A DNA stretch of 63,965 bases, the filler included, from Piptocephalis cylindrospora (taxonomy: Eukaryota), in the NCBI GenBank assembly GCA_003614145.1. It is 4 parts of 4 records of this genome, joined end to end, with 100 filler letters (N's around TTAATTAATTAA, not from the genome) between each part and the next. Parts side by side here need not be neighbours in the genome. Positions count along the whole stretch, not along the records: positions 16,062 to 32,020 come from KZ987878.1; positions 32,121 to 48,062 come from KZ987879.1; 2 more parts are not named here. One strand, given 5' to 3'. Each line of letters begins with the position of its first letter. Position 1 is the first letter of the stretch. Positions 24,142 to 35,078 of the stretch are shown piece by piece. The position numbers and the translations under genes were made by a program. Below the pieces are notes generated by a model that saw nothing but the letters and a program-made list of their open reading frames with translations, was not told the DNA's origin and ran no database searches.

Positions 24142-25624
24142 TTACATGGAGGGAGGAGGGGCACCGCCCATGGGGGCGCCCTGGGGGCCGGCGGGAGGGA
24201 TGGGAGTAGATTGGACATTAATGCCACCATCCTGGGGCATCATCTCATTCATGTAAGCAGGGTTGACGGGAGGATTGACAGGAGGGGGCACTGTAATGGG
24301 GCTAGGAGAGGGTTCGGAAAGACCCATGGGAGAGGTGCCGTAGTCAGCGGAGCTGGGCGGGGGCATGTCACCACCGGGGGGAGGGGGAGGCATGTCGCCG
24401 CCAGGAGGAGGAGGAGGGGGCATATCACCACCAGGAGGGGGGATAGGACCCTCAGACTCACAGNNNNNNNNNNNNNNNNNNNNNNNNNNNNNNNNNNNTA
24501 GGACCCTCAGACTCACAGCCACCGGGAGGAGGGGGAGGGGGCATACCCTGATCAGGGCTGTAACCACCGGGAGGAGGAGGAGGGGGGCCAGTAGGGCCGT
24601 ATCCCTCAGGACCCGTACCGGTGGGAGGAGGAGGGAGAGGCATGTCGCCGCCAGGAGGAGGAGGGGGAGGACCATTAGGAGAGCCGTAGTCGGGAGAGGG
24701 ACTTCCAGGAGGAGGGGGAGGGAGACCCGATGGGCAAGTCTGGGGCATATCAGCGCCGGGAGGGGGAGGGAGGGGGGGCATGCCCTGATCGGGGCTGACA
24801 CCACCGGGGGGAGGAGGAGGAGGCATGTCACCGCCGGGAGGAGGAGGAGGCATGTCACCACCAGGAGGAGGCATGGGAGCACCCGATTCGCAATTTTCAG
24901 GGACAGCACCAGGAGGGGGAGGGGGGGGTCCGGTAGGGCCGTATCCCTCAGGACCGGTACCAGTGGGAGGGGGGATGGGACCATTGGAGCCAAAGTCCTG
25001 GGGAGGCCCAGCGGGAGGAGGGATAGGACCCTCAGACTCGCAACCACCAGGAGGAGGGGGAGGAGGCATGCCCTGATCGGGACTGACACCACCGGGGGGA
25101 GGAGGAGGAGGCATGTCGCCGCCAGGAGGGGGAGGAGGAGGCATGTCGCCGCCGGGAGGGGGGATAGGACCCTCAGACTCACAGCCACCGGGAGGAGGGG
25201 GAGGGGGCATACCCTGATCAGGGCTGTAACCACCGGGAGGAGGAGGAGGGGGGCCAGTAGGGCCGTATCCCTCAGGACCAGTGCCAGTGGGAGGAGGAGG
25301 AGGAGGGCCATTAGGCCCTTCCGCGCAGGCATCGCCACCAGAGTACTGGTGAGCAGAGAGGGTAGCAGCGTTATTGGCCATGTCTTTCTCATCAAGGTGA
25401 TGTTTAATAGCAAGGCCACCGGCGGTAACACCGGCACCGAGAGCCGCGCCGCCAAGGAAGGGGGCAGCAAAAGAGGGGGAACGACGGTAGAGACCTGGGT
25501 TAGAGATGATCTCGCTGGGAGAAGTCTGGCTCCTGAAAATCATAGGGGAGGCAGTGGCCTGGGGAAGGACCATGGAGGCCACCAAGGCTAGGGTGACAAA
25601 GACAGAGACACGGTTGTGGATCAT
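24142..25624 (-). CDS. Secreted Pro/Gly-rich repeat protein, interrupted by a 35-N gap
   Basis: Signal peptide MIHNRVSVFVTLALVASMVLPQATA, dibasic LYRR, then FAAPFLGGAALGAGVTAGGLAIKHH and repeats PPPPPGGDM / GGCESEGPI / GTGPEGYGPTG / SPDQGM. The same repeats continue after the gap to the stop at 24142. Confidence 0.85.
24355..25320. repeat. Coding tandem and segmental repeats within the Pro/Gly protein
   Basis: Recurrent gga/ggg triplet units. Block about 24499-24620 nearly duplicates about 25165-25285, and taggaccctcagactc recurs at about 24444, 24499, 25024 and 25165. Confidence 0.85.
24464..24498. other. Assembly gap (35 N) inside a repeat
   Basis: The same 20-mer taggaccctcagactcacag occurs on both sides of the gap, consistent with an unresolved repeat. 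Confidence 0.9.
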
Positions 25625-26526
25625 GATGTGAGAAATGAAGTGGGATGATGTGAGGTTGAGAGAGGAAATGTCTTGGGGGCGAGGCGTGAAGTGTATGGGT
25701 TGCGGATGAGTGAGCGAGTGATTGGGTGAATGAATGGATGAGTGAGTGGAACGGGAAGCGTCAAGTCTGAAGGGTGAGAGGGATGGTGAATGAATGGGGA
25801 CGTGAGAGGGAGGGAGGAAGAAAGAGGGTGAGTGAATGAAAGGGCGTGTGCGTCAAGGGAGGAGAGTGGAAGGGGGGAAGGGAGGGTGGGGGAGTAGGAG
25901 GAGGAAAGGGAGGGGAAGGGGGGAGGATGAAGAGGGCTGGATGGAGAGGGGCTTTTTAAACCTTTTCTGAGAGAGCCTGAGCGAGTGAGTTTGGTGGGAC
26001 AAGAAGAGCCAGCGGGCCTGGTGAGAGATAGAGAGAGACGGAGTTGGTAGCGGAGTATGAAATGGATCATTATCGGAGATTCTTTCCAGATGTAGGGAGG
26101 GTGGAGGATTATCGGAGGAAAAGGATAGCCAATGGATGGGCGGATGATACGGCGGAGAGGGGTGTCGGAGGAGAAGTGGATGGGACTTGTAATGGTAGAT
26201 TTCCATCTCCGATGATACGTTGATGAGGCTGCCCTCTCCCCTGTCAGAGCTTGGAATACACGGTTGTGGGTCCCGGGATAAAGGGACGATTTTGAGGGAG
26301 ATGAATTGAATGAATTTGGCTGAATTTTAAAAGTGTGCGCTATTGTGGCGTGTTGTTACTTTGAGCTATGACAAGGGGAGCTGATTATGAGAGGGAAAGG
26401 ATGGGCCTCTCCACTACTGAGCTTTGTACACAGTAAGACTACAGAAAGGGGAAGGGGGGCATGGCCATCTCCTCTCCTGCATCCCTTTCACCTTTCTGCC
26501 GAGCCACCGACCGCAAGAACACCATC

Positions 26527-27072
26527 ATGTCCGGCCCTATAGTACGAGATGTCGAGCCCTCCGAGGAGAAAATAGCGCAATTTGCAGATTATGAAGAGGC
26601 ACGACTGGAGCAGCGGTACTCACTGACCACAGCATTTGATGAGATGGCGTTTTGTTTCAGTGAGTCGTTACTGTTTATGGATGGGGTGCAAGGGCAAGAG
26701 GGGCTAGCTCCTGATTCCATGGCGTTCTGATGTAGGTTTTGGCCGACAGGCACGACACTTGTACCGATATGGGGTTAGGGGAGATTGTTCGTCGACGCTC
26801 TCGCACTTTCGCTTCTGTCTCTCTCTCAAGGCGAAATCGAGTGAGGATGCGCGGAGTGCTATGGTGGCCCAGGAACGGGAAAGAGCTTACCAGGCGGCCT
26901 CTGGACCATCCTCTCAGGATGTCTGGTCCATTCGACGGTGAGTGAGATGAGTGGATGGGTGAGAGGGGGGTATAGAGGGGATGCGCTGACACTCTAGGAT
27001 AATGATGTGCATAGACAACCACCGAGTGATTTCCCGCCCAAGGACCTCGCAGAGGCACAGACGTTTGGGTAG
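26527..27072 (+). CDS. EMI1: EMI1/DUF3128 family small mitochondrial protein, 3 exons
   Basis: Introns 26660-26735 and 26938-27014. Reads AFDEMAFCF|SFGRQARHLYRYG...DCSSTLSHFRFCL...GPSSQDVWSIR|RQPPSDF. Confidence 0.8.
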
Positions 27073-28486
27073 AGAAGGGGGGGGGATCACGGTTTCTTGT
27101 CCGTAGAACGACCCGAAATAGACACGAGATTGATCTAAATGGCCCATGCTTTGTTGGGGCTATTTCGATTAGGATGGAAGAGTGAATGCGATCAAGGCTT
27201 GGCGTGGTCTCCCCTACCATTGAAGATCAGTGGCCATGACGGCTCAAGGGAAAGCAGGGCTGAAACATGCATCTTTTAGGGAAGGGGAGAGAGAGAGAAA
27301 ATGTAATGGCCCCTAGGTTTTCCTATAGATTAACAGTGTATAAAGAACCGCAGCAGTTGGTTCATCAAAAGATGGGGCGTTTATGGCCATGAATGGAGGA
27401 TGGGACAATACATCTGTCACCTTACTCCGCACAGAGCACTCTTGGTAATTTAAGGAAACCTACTATACAGGGTTGGGTTGGATGGGATGTGGATGACTGA
27501 TAGCTGGCTGGTTGGCTGTCTCCAGAGAGTATGTGCTAGACCGGGTCTGACGGGTGAATCCATGTTCTAAGTTCTAAGGGCCTAGCTGTCTCTGACAGAG
27601 CAGCGACATCCATGACTCGATACACCTAGATGCAGGTTTGAGTGGCGGTGACGGAGGGGATGAAGCGGGCATACCAAATGAGCCAGGATTTTGATTGCTA
27701 GTCATCATTCAGGAGACATCGCAGACCCTGCTTTGATCACCCTATAATTCTGAGGAACATTGTCTTGGCAAATCCTTCAGCCCCATGTCTTTTTCTCTGC
27801 TGTGTAGGGGTGCACACACTGGGTCCATTTGGTAGCGGTGGGTATTGCTGTCGATATGGCTGCTGCTGCTGTTGCTGTTGCTGAGATGTATGAGGAGATG
27901 ATGGCGCGCAATAGCCTCTTCATCGACCTACATAGACATGGATATTAGATATAGACACACACATACATGGTTCTAGGGCAGATCTATCTGATTGTGATGC
28001 ATCTGTGTGAGCGTGTAATGGGTACGTGTCTTGGCAATCCCCCATCCCCCTCCATCCTATGTGCTTTGGGGGGGGGAGAGGAACAAGGGGGCGCACACAT
28101 GTGTGAGAGGGATTCATCAGGATGACGGGCGGAGTGCAGGGGAGAGGACGCTTTTTAGCCAAGGACGACAGTCAGGACGCCAAGACCTCCAAGTCAGCCC
28201 CCGCTTCCTCTAGAGGGGGAGGCTTGGCAGGGCTCCGAGAAGATCGATGAAAACTGTACAGGCATGCAGAGGGGGCTGACAGGATACGCGTATTGGTGCT
28301 TGAAAGACCTCATTTCCTGATGAGCAGGGCGTATAAGAGAGGGCTCGGGAGGTGGGGATTGGGAGGATGGAAGCATCCGCCTTGGTTTTCAGCATTTTCA
28401 TTTCCCATCCTATTTCTCTTCCTTTCGCCTCGTCTCTTCACAGTCGGCTGGAGCCCTCCTGTATACTGCATTCGATTGATCTGTCC

Positions 28487-29251
28487 ATGTCTTGCCGCTG
28501 CACCCTCCTCCTCAGTATCCCACGGACGGCTATCCTGATGTGGGCCATGAGCCTGGTTGGGATGGGATTGGGACAGGATGTGGAGGTCCCTCCCACAGGC
28601 TCCTCCTCGCCCACCTCGGATCCTCCTGCCAGTGCCTCTCCTACTACTACCACCACCACCACCCCCTCTTCCTCCTCCAGATTCCAGAAGATATCACAGG
28701 CTTGGAACCCGGTGGCATGGATCTCCATTGGGGTGGGGTTGGCCCTGCTGGTGGGGATTGGCGTGGGGTTCTGGGTGTGGAACCGACGTCGACGTCGACG
28801 AACGCAAAAGGAACACGGATTCTATCCGGCAATGAGTCCTCTTTACCCTGGATCCAGCACTGCCCCCCATCCTGGATTCGGCGCCCCCCCTTACCATCCC
28901 GGACCAGGACCAGCGCCCTACTCTTCTGCCCCGGGAACGTGGATGCTCTCGGGCCCCACCATCTCCCCCCCCTACCAGGCTCATGCGCCAGCTGGCGTGA
29001 TGCAGCCCAAGGGATTTCCCCTAGAGGTGGACCCCTCTCCTACCCTGACCAAGGGTGCACCCCAAGGCTCAGCCGCCCTCCTTGACCAAATCCCCCCGCC
29101 CCCTCAGTACACCAGGGACGATACTGGAGGGGCTTCCTCGTCTAGTCGATCACCCTCTCCTCCGACAGGATCTCAGGGTAGCCCATCCTCCTCGCCCCAT
29201 AGCTCCAGCCCCCCTCCGCCTAAACGAACCTCGTCTCTCTTTATTCGATAG
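28487..29251 (+). CDS. Single-pass type I membrane protein with S/T-rich ectodomain and PPxY tail
   Basis: Signal peptide, poly-T/S stalk, TM WISIGVGLALLVGIGVGFWVW, RRRRRR stop-transfer, PPPQY motif in a Pro-rich tail. Confidence 0.75.
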   Translation: MSCRCTLLLSIPRTAILMWAMSLVGMGLGQDVEVPPTGSSSPTSDPPASASPTTTTTTTPSSSSRFQKISQAWNPVAWISIGVGLALLVGIGVGFWVWNRRRRRRTQKEHGFYPAMSPLYPGSSTAPHPGFGAPPYHPGPGPAPYSSAPGTWMLSGPTISPPYQAHAPAGVMQPKGFPLEVDPSPTLTKGAPQGSAALLDQIPPPPQYTRDDTGGASSSSRSPSPPTGSQGSPSSSPHSSSPPPPKRTSSLFIR

Positions 29252-30363
29252 ACGAGGCTGCGATACGACCACTAGAGCAACACTCAATACATGTGCTTTG
29301 TACTTTTGAATCCTCCTGCTCGTACAAATCAGCGTGATCCTGGTCATCCTAATAATACACATATCCTACAAGAGCAGGAAATATTGGATGATCGGGTCGA
29401 TCGCCGTTGAACCAGCCAACCCCCCAGGCTTCATGTGTCCTATAGAGACGTTGATTCATCATGGAACGTTCCTTTCGCTCAATCGAGTGAGTGTGACCTC
29501 CGCATGTCATTGCCCCTGTGTCCCACACACCACAACAGCATGTGTCTCTCATACCACTCCAAAATGTGCATTTTCATCCAATTTTACCCCACTTTTTCCC
29601 AGCTGCCCACATCTATTTACACTCTAGATCAAGAGGATACAACATATGGGCACACTCCAACACAAGAGGGGGGGGCTCTTCAGTGTATATCCCCCCCCCC
29701 CTCTCCCCCGCATCTACTGCACCCTGAAGAGCGTCCGACCGTGTGCAAAAAATCATGCTCCCTCGTCCAAGCGGGGAAAGTGACAGCCGGTTGGCCACAC
29801 ATGCTTCTCTCGAACCCTTCCATCCTTCCCTTCTTCCTGCCCACCCGCCCCCTCCAGGATCATCCAGTGTGAGGGGAGAGGGGGGGGCGAGCCTATCGGA
29901 GTGGAGCAAGACGACTATTTCCTCTCCCTTCCATAAGAACCATCCATCCTCAGCCTCTTTTGCTTCTTCATCGGCCCACTTGATCCCCATCTGCCTTTCT
30001 CACTACGATGATTAGGAACGAGAGGATAAGGAAGCTTCTAAAGAGAGACCTCCCTTTTCCCTCCCCAGTTCCCTTTTCCTTAGCAGCATCCTCTATCCTC
30101 CCTTGACCTCTGACTCCTTCCTCTCTTTCTTTCTCCCTTTCCTCTCTCTCGCCCTCCTCTCCCCACCAGTCACTCTGTCCTGTGGACCACACTCCTCTTG
30201 GATACCTACACACCTACTCACAGCCCTTACTACCACACGTTACACTGGTATATTGACGCGTTCGACCACCCAGATCTCTCCTCTCCTCTCCTCTCCTCTC
30301 CTCCTAATGCTCTCTGCTCCATGGTCCGGACCAGCCAGAGGATCCAAGGCCCCTCCTATTAAG

Positions 30364-30924
30364 ATGAGGCCCTATCCCACCATCCTGATCATCCTATCCA
30401 TCCTCACCTCGGAGGGTCTGACCCAGGCCTTGGCCCACCACTACTCTCGTGTGCAGGATGGATACATGTACGATGGCATCTACTACCCCTACTACACCGG
30501 TCCCTTGGTGAGCACAAATGAAGGCGAACCCATCGCCTCCACATCCTCCTGTGGCTCCGGATGTGTCCTCACCATCGCTGTAGCCTGCGTCGCCGCCGTT
30601 CTGATCCTCGCATGCATTGGTCTTGCCATCTGCGGAGTCCGGAGACGACGGAGGCAGCAACGACTGCACCATGAGGGCTCCTCCTCTTCCCCTGGACACG
30701 TCGCCATGGAGCATCCGATAAGACAGGGCGATGGAGGGACTAGGCTGATGACCGTCATAGAGGAAGGAGATGGGAAGGCCCCAACCTGTAGGAATGCCCC
30801 CTCTTCCTCCTCCTCCTCCTCTCTTCCCTCCCCACCCCCTCCGCCGTACACACTCAACTCGAGCACCATGTCCCTGGGTGGATCTCCTCCATCCTCCTCC
30901 GGCCCCATCCTCCATCCCATCTAA
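30364..30924 (+). CDS. Single-pass type I membrane protein with Tyr-rich ectodomain and PPxY tail (RCR-like architecture)
   Basis: Signal MRPYPTILIILSILTSEGLTQA, TM VLTIAVACVAAVLILACIGLAICGV, RRRRR, PPPPPY. Confidence 0.7.
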   Translation: MRPYPTILIILSILTSEGLTQALAHHYSRVQDGYMYDGIYYPYYTGPLVSTNEGEPIASTSSCGSGCVLTIAVACVAAVLILACIGLAICGVRRRRRQQRLHHEGSSSSPGHVAMEHPIRQGDGGTRLMTVIEEGDGKAPTCRNAPSSSSSSSLPSPPPPPYTLNSSTMSLGGSPPSSSGPILHPI

Positions 30925-32020
30925 TGTGGTCTGGGTCATCTTGATGCGGGCATGTTTTTTCTTTTTTTTCCTCGCTCTCTCGCTCTTTTGTGTACTCTTT
31001 TTCTCCAAGGACAGGTCGATCCTGCGAGTCCCTATGCTCTGTGCAATAAACAACATCTCTCTCTATGCTTCATCCCAAATGCTGTGCATCTTTTATGCAG
31101 GAGCGTGTCTCATCGATCATCCTCCCCCAGCTGGGAGAGGAGCCTTGCGCTCTCAATGCGTCCGGTGATCGGAATGGGTCACATATACACACACACACAT
31201 ATCAACGTCATACACATGGATCGGATCAGCAGGAGTAGATTGTCAAGTCACATTAGCTTTCTCCTCGTCCTACATCACCGATGGATCCAACCATCCGATC
31301 ACCCCTTGATCCAGATGGGCCGATAACCGTCCATTCATCGATGGTTGATTACAAAAGCAAGATTCATTTGCTCTACTCTACTCTGCTCTGACCCTCCCTC
31401 TCCCCCTCCTCCCTTCATGCACAGTACATGCTCCTTCCATTGTAATAAATAGTAGTACTCAAGTCTACTCACTTGATGCAGCAGTCCAACTCCGAACCCA
31501 TCCCTCCTCTCAAACACCACCTTCCACAGATCACTTCCTTTGCCGTGTGTGCGTGTCTCTCCTCCTTGTGTTGTGTCTGCCCTCCATACCGGGATGGAGG
31601 CGCATGAGACGGAGTGTCGTGGAGGGTACGGGCACCCAAAGGGGGAGGATACACAGACAGACATAGAGCGTGTCTCTAGAAGTGGACTGGAGAAGCTTTG
31701 TGACGGAAATCCGGGAAAGAAAGATGCGTTGGTGTCCAGCTGCTTAAAGGTACATGAGAAGAGGAGCGGGAAAGAAGGAATCCCTCGGTCCTCCATCCTT
31801 TTATATCCCCTCTCCTCTGCGCAAGGCTTGGGATGGATCCAGAAGAAAGGAACCTTTCTTCTTTTACCCTTTCCCTCTTCATTTCTTCATTACTCTCCCT
31901 CCTCCTCTCTCCCTCCCTCCCTCGCTCTTTCTTCCTTTCCTTCCTTGACCGATTTCCTCCCCATACCCCCGCCTCGGCGTCATTCTCCTCCGCCTCGTGC
32001 TTTCTTTGATCGATTTCCAT

Positions 32021-32120
32021 NNNNNNNNNNNNNNNNNNNNNNNNNNNNNNNNNNNNNNNNNNNNTTAATTAATTAANNNNNNNNNNNNNNNNNNNNNNNN
32101 NNNNNNNNNNNNNNNNNNNN
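32021..32120. other. Assembly gap with TTAATTAATTAA linker
   Basis: 100-nt N block with linker at 32065-32076. Confidence 0.95.
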
Positions 32121-33752
32121 GGAGGAGGATGCGGGGGAGAGGGAAAGTGGAATGGGAAAATCCAATAAAATGGATCTTCATCACTGATTTCTTCATCAGG
32201 AAAGGTGGTAGTGGATCCACTGGATAAGGAAGCATTAGTGGAATTCTCGATGGATGAGGGGAAAAAAAGGCCGTCGCTCAGGGAAGAAGATACGGTTTTC
32301 CGTCGACGCACCGCGGAGACCGGAGGGCTCATCAAAGGACCAGGGGGGGCAAGGCCCAGGGACACCCCACTACTAGATCGAGTGCGACTAATGAACCCGT
32401 TGGATGAGCACGTTGACGACCCTAGGACTTCAGTCTGATCCTCCATCATTTCGGCCCGAGCTTTCTCTTTGAATTTCTCTTCTTCATCCTTCTTTTTGCT
32501 CCCCTCATCCTTGGAGATCATACTTTTGCCCATCCCACCAACCAAGCGAGGATGGAAGGCATGACCGGATAGGGTGGTGGTGGCGGTCTCGCCAAAGGGA
32601 TAATTGGCGATGAGAGGGGTATGGAAGGGTGTAATGATGCGGGTGATGTTGGAGAAGCGTCGACGGGGGACGACAACACTGGAGATGGCCTTGGGAGGGC
32701 CCTTCTGGGATTCCAAGGGCTCGGTCGTTGCGGTTTTCAGAACCGTCGGAGCCCCTAAAATCTTTTCCCCCTCACTCATCCCTTGTTCCAGACAGGAGAA
32801 CTGATAGGTGGCACTCCGGGGCCGGGGGGGGCGAGGGAGGAGACTTGGTTATGGGCTTAGCCTTATTAGCAAGAAGGAGAAGGGTTCGATCCATGGATTC
32901 CTTGGCAGTGCCAAAGATAATAAAGGTAATGATTCCCCAGGTAGCGACGATAAAGTCGCCCATGTCGACAGGATGGCGACCGTTCAGGTAGGTTTGGGAC
33001 ATGAGGCCACCGGCAGGAAGATGAAAGACATGTTGAATTTCAAAGTAGCAATAGTAAAGAGAATTGACAACGTTGATGATGGTGATGAGGAGGGCACGGA
33101 TGGACATGCCCGAGGAGGGGGCTGATGCCTTGAGGCGGTACCGAGTCATGACTGAAGCGACGCAGTGTTGATGGATGATGGAGCCTAGACAATAGATGGC
33201 CAGGATGGTGGGAGGCAAGGTGACTGGGGCGCCGACAATGTAGACCTGCCACTGACGCAGGAGGCCAGATTTACAGACGTACGGGATCGAGGTGTCGGTG
33301 ATGGGGGGCGGGGCGATGAGCTGAGGAAGGGTGTTAAGCAGGGTCGGGATGATGGGCAGGACGACAGAGAGGATGGTCATCCAACGCTCAATGTTAAAGT
33401 GTCGGACTAAACGGTTATCCGAGGCAGCACAAGCGACGAGCCAGATGCGAAAGGCGAAGAAAGCGGCAAAGAAGATGCCGGCTTTGCTGACATACACGAT
33501 GATGGCCTTGCGCAGTAAGCAGTACCATATGGGGGTGTCGAGAAGGAGGCTACCAAAGCCGAGGAAACGGGCCAGGGAATTGAAGTGTCGGACCATTAGA
33601 CCAATGGCATAGTAATAGATGAGCGGGCTGGGCAAGGGGCCACGAGCGCGATAGGCAATGATGACAGGGATAAGAAGAATGATGGAGAGAGTGTTGATCG
33701 ATACCAGGATGGGCGTGAGGGACAAGAGAAGGGAGGCTGTATCGGAAGGCAT
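32121..33752 (-). CDS. 7TM receptor with STE3-like features; the C-terminal tail probably continues through a frameshift into ORF 32069-32779
   Basis: Seven hydrophobic segments in 32772-33752. TPIWYCLL before TM3 (compare STE3 APVWCD), Cys in extracellular loop 2 (PYVCK), and FIIFGTAKES at the end of TM7. A G-run at about 32824-32831 sits where the frame changes to a long Ser/Arg-rich ORF. Confidence 0.7.
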
Positions 33753-35078
33753 GATGAGTTGATGGGCAATTCTCCTAGACTATCCGTTGTATCCGGAGGA
33801 GCATAAGTCGTGTGTGCGTACGTGAGGGAGAGAGAGGATGAGTGTGGGTGCTGAAAGAAGGAGATCAAAGGAGGTCGGGACGTGCGTGGTGTGAGGAGGG
33901 GAGGGGAAGAAAAGAAAATCGGTTTGAGACGGTGAGGTGACAACAAGACTGTTCGAAACCGCGTGAGGAAGGGGAAGGACTAAGCTGGTCCAGGGATCGT
34001 GGAGCCTGGAGAGGCAAGTAAAGGGCGAGGAAGGAAGAAGGGACGTGAGAGGAGGAGTGAGAAAGGCGAGGTCGGAGAAAGGAGAAAGGAAAGAGGTAAG
34101 TGGAGAGAAGGAAGGAGGAAGGATAAGATTAGTGGGTCAGTAAGAATGAAAGAGGGATGGCCAGTGGAGGGACACATGGACAATGTGGTTGGCCAGGGTG
34201 GATCAGCCAACATGGAGGAGGTCGGGGATCTGAGTGGGTCCTGCCAAGCAGAGGGAGGAAGGTGATGTCCAAGGGCGAGGGGAGTTTCAATAGACAAGGC
34301 AGGAAAAAGGGCGGAGTTTGATTATCAGCGGCGTCACCAACAGCATCATCAGCTGGATGGGGGGATGGCATCTCTCCGAGGCATCCTTGAAATAGGTATC
34401 GTCCGTGATGCGCTCTAAGCACGGATGAGGGGCGGCTTGATTGTGGCCAGGCGCGCTGAATGAAGAAATGTCCAGGATATGGTATGAATGTATAGGCGAT
34501 GAGGATGATGGAGAAGATGATGATAAAACCATTTTGTTTTCCCCAGTGGGGTAGGCGGATGGACATCCGAACGCAGTGTCTGCTAAGAATGATGGAGAAA
34601 GATCCTGGTCTCAGCGACTGGACTTAAGCAAGCATATTGTATTGGCCTGTGCCGGTATCAATTCTGAAACGATACTGGCCTCCTTCCATTCAAGAACGAC
34701 CTGGATAGACTGGGACCTTATTCACGGATTTGAGAGACCTACACATTTGATGTCGACGACGAAAGGATTGAGAGAGCAGGGATGGAATAAGCCTGGACAA
34801 ATGATTAACAGTTCATTACCATAGGCCACTTTCCGTCTAGAAAAGGAAATGGCCCATATAAAATGGACAATGTCAACATCACTCAATCTTTCATTTATAA
34901 CAAGCAACCGTATCTGTCCTGACCGCACGTAATCCAAAGACCCGGTCGCATTCAGCTATGCTCTATTTATTCAGATCAGAACTACTGGCCGCACTGGAGA
35001 CGACAATTCAAGGAAAAATACCTAGAGCTGAAGGCGTCCTAGGGAAAGCTCATCACCGACCTGGATCAGCCAAAAGAC

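Noticed and set aside
24355..25320. Repeat-spacer-like pattern (possible CRISPR)
   Set aside because: Units are in-frame coding repeats with no unique spacers, there are no cas genes, and the context is eukaryotic.
24365..25591. 408-aa Arg-rich plus-strand ORF and 442-aa Leu-rich alternate-frame ORF
   Set aside because: Shadow frames of the Pro/Gly codon repeats; the frame with the signal peptide is the real one.
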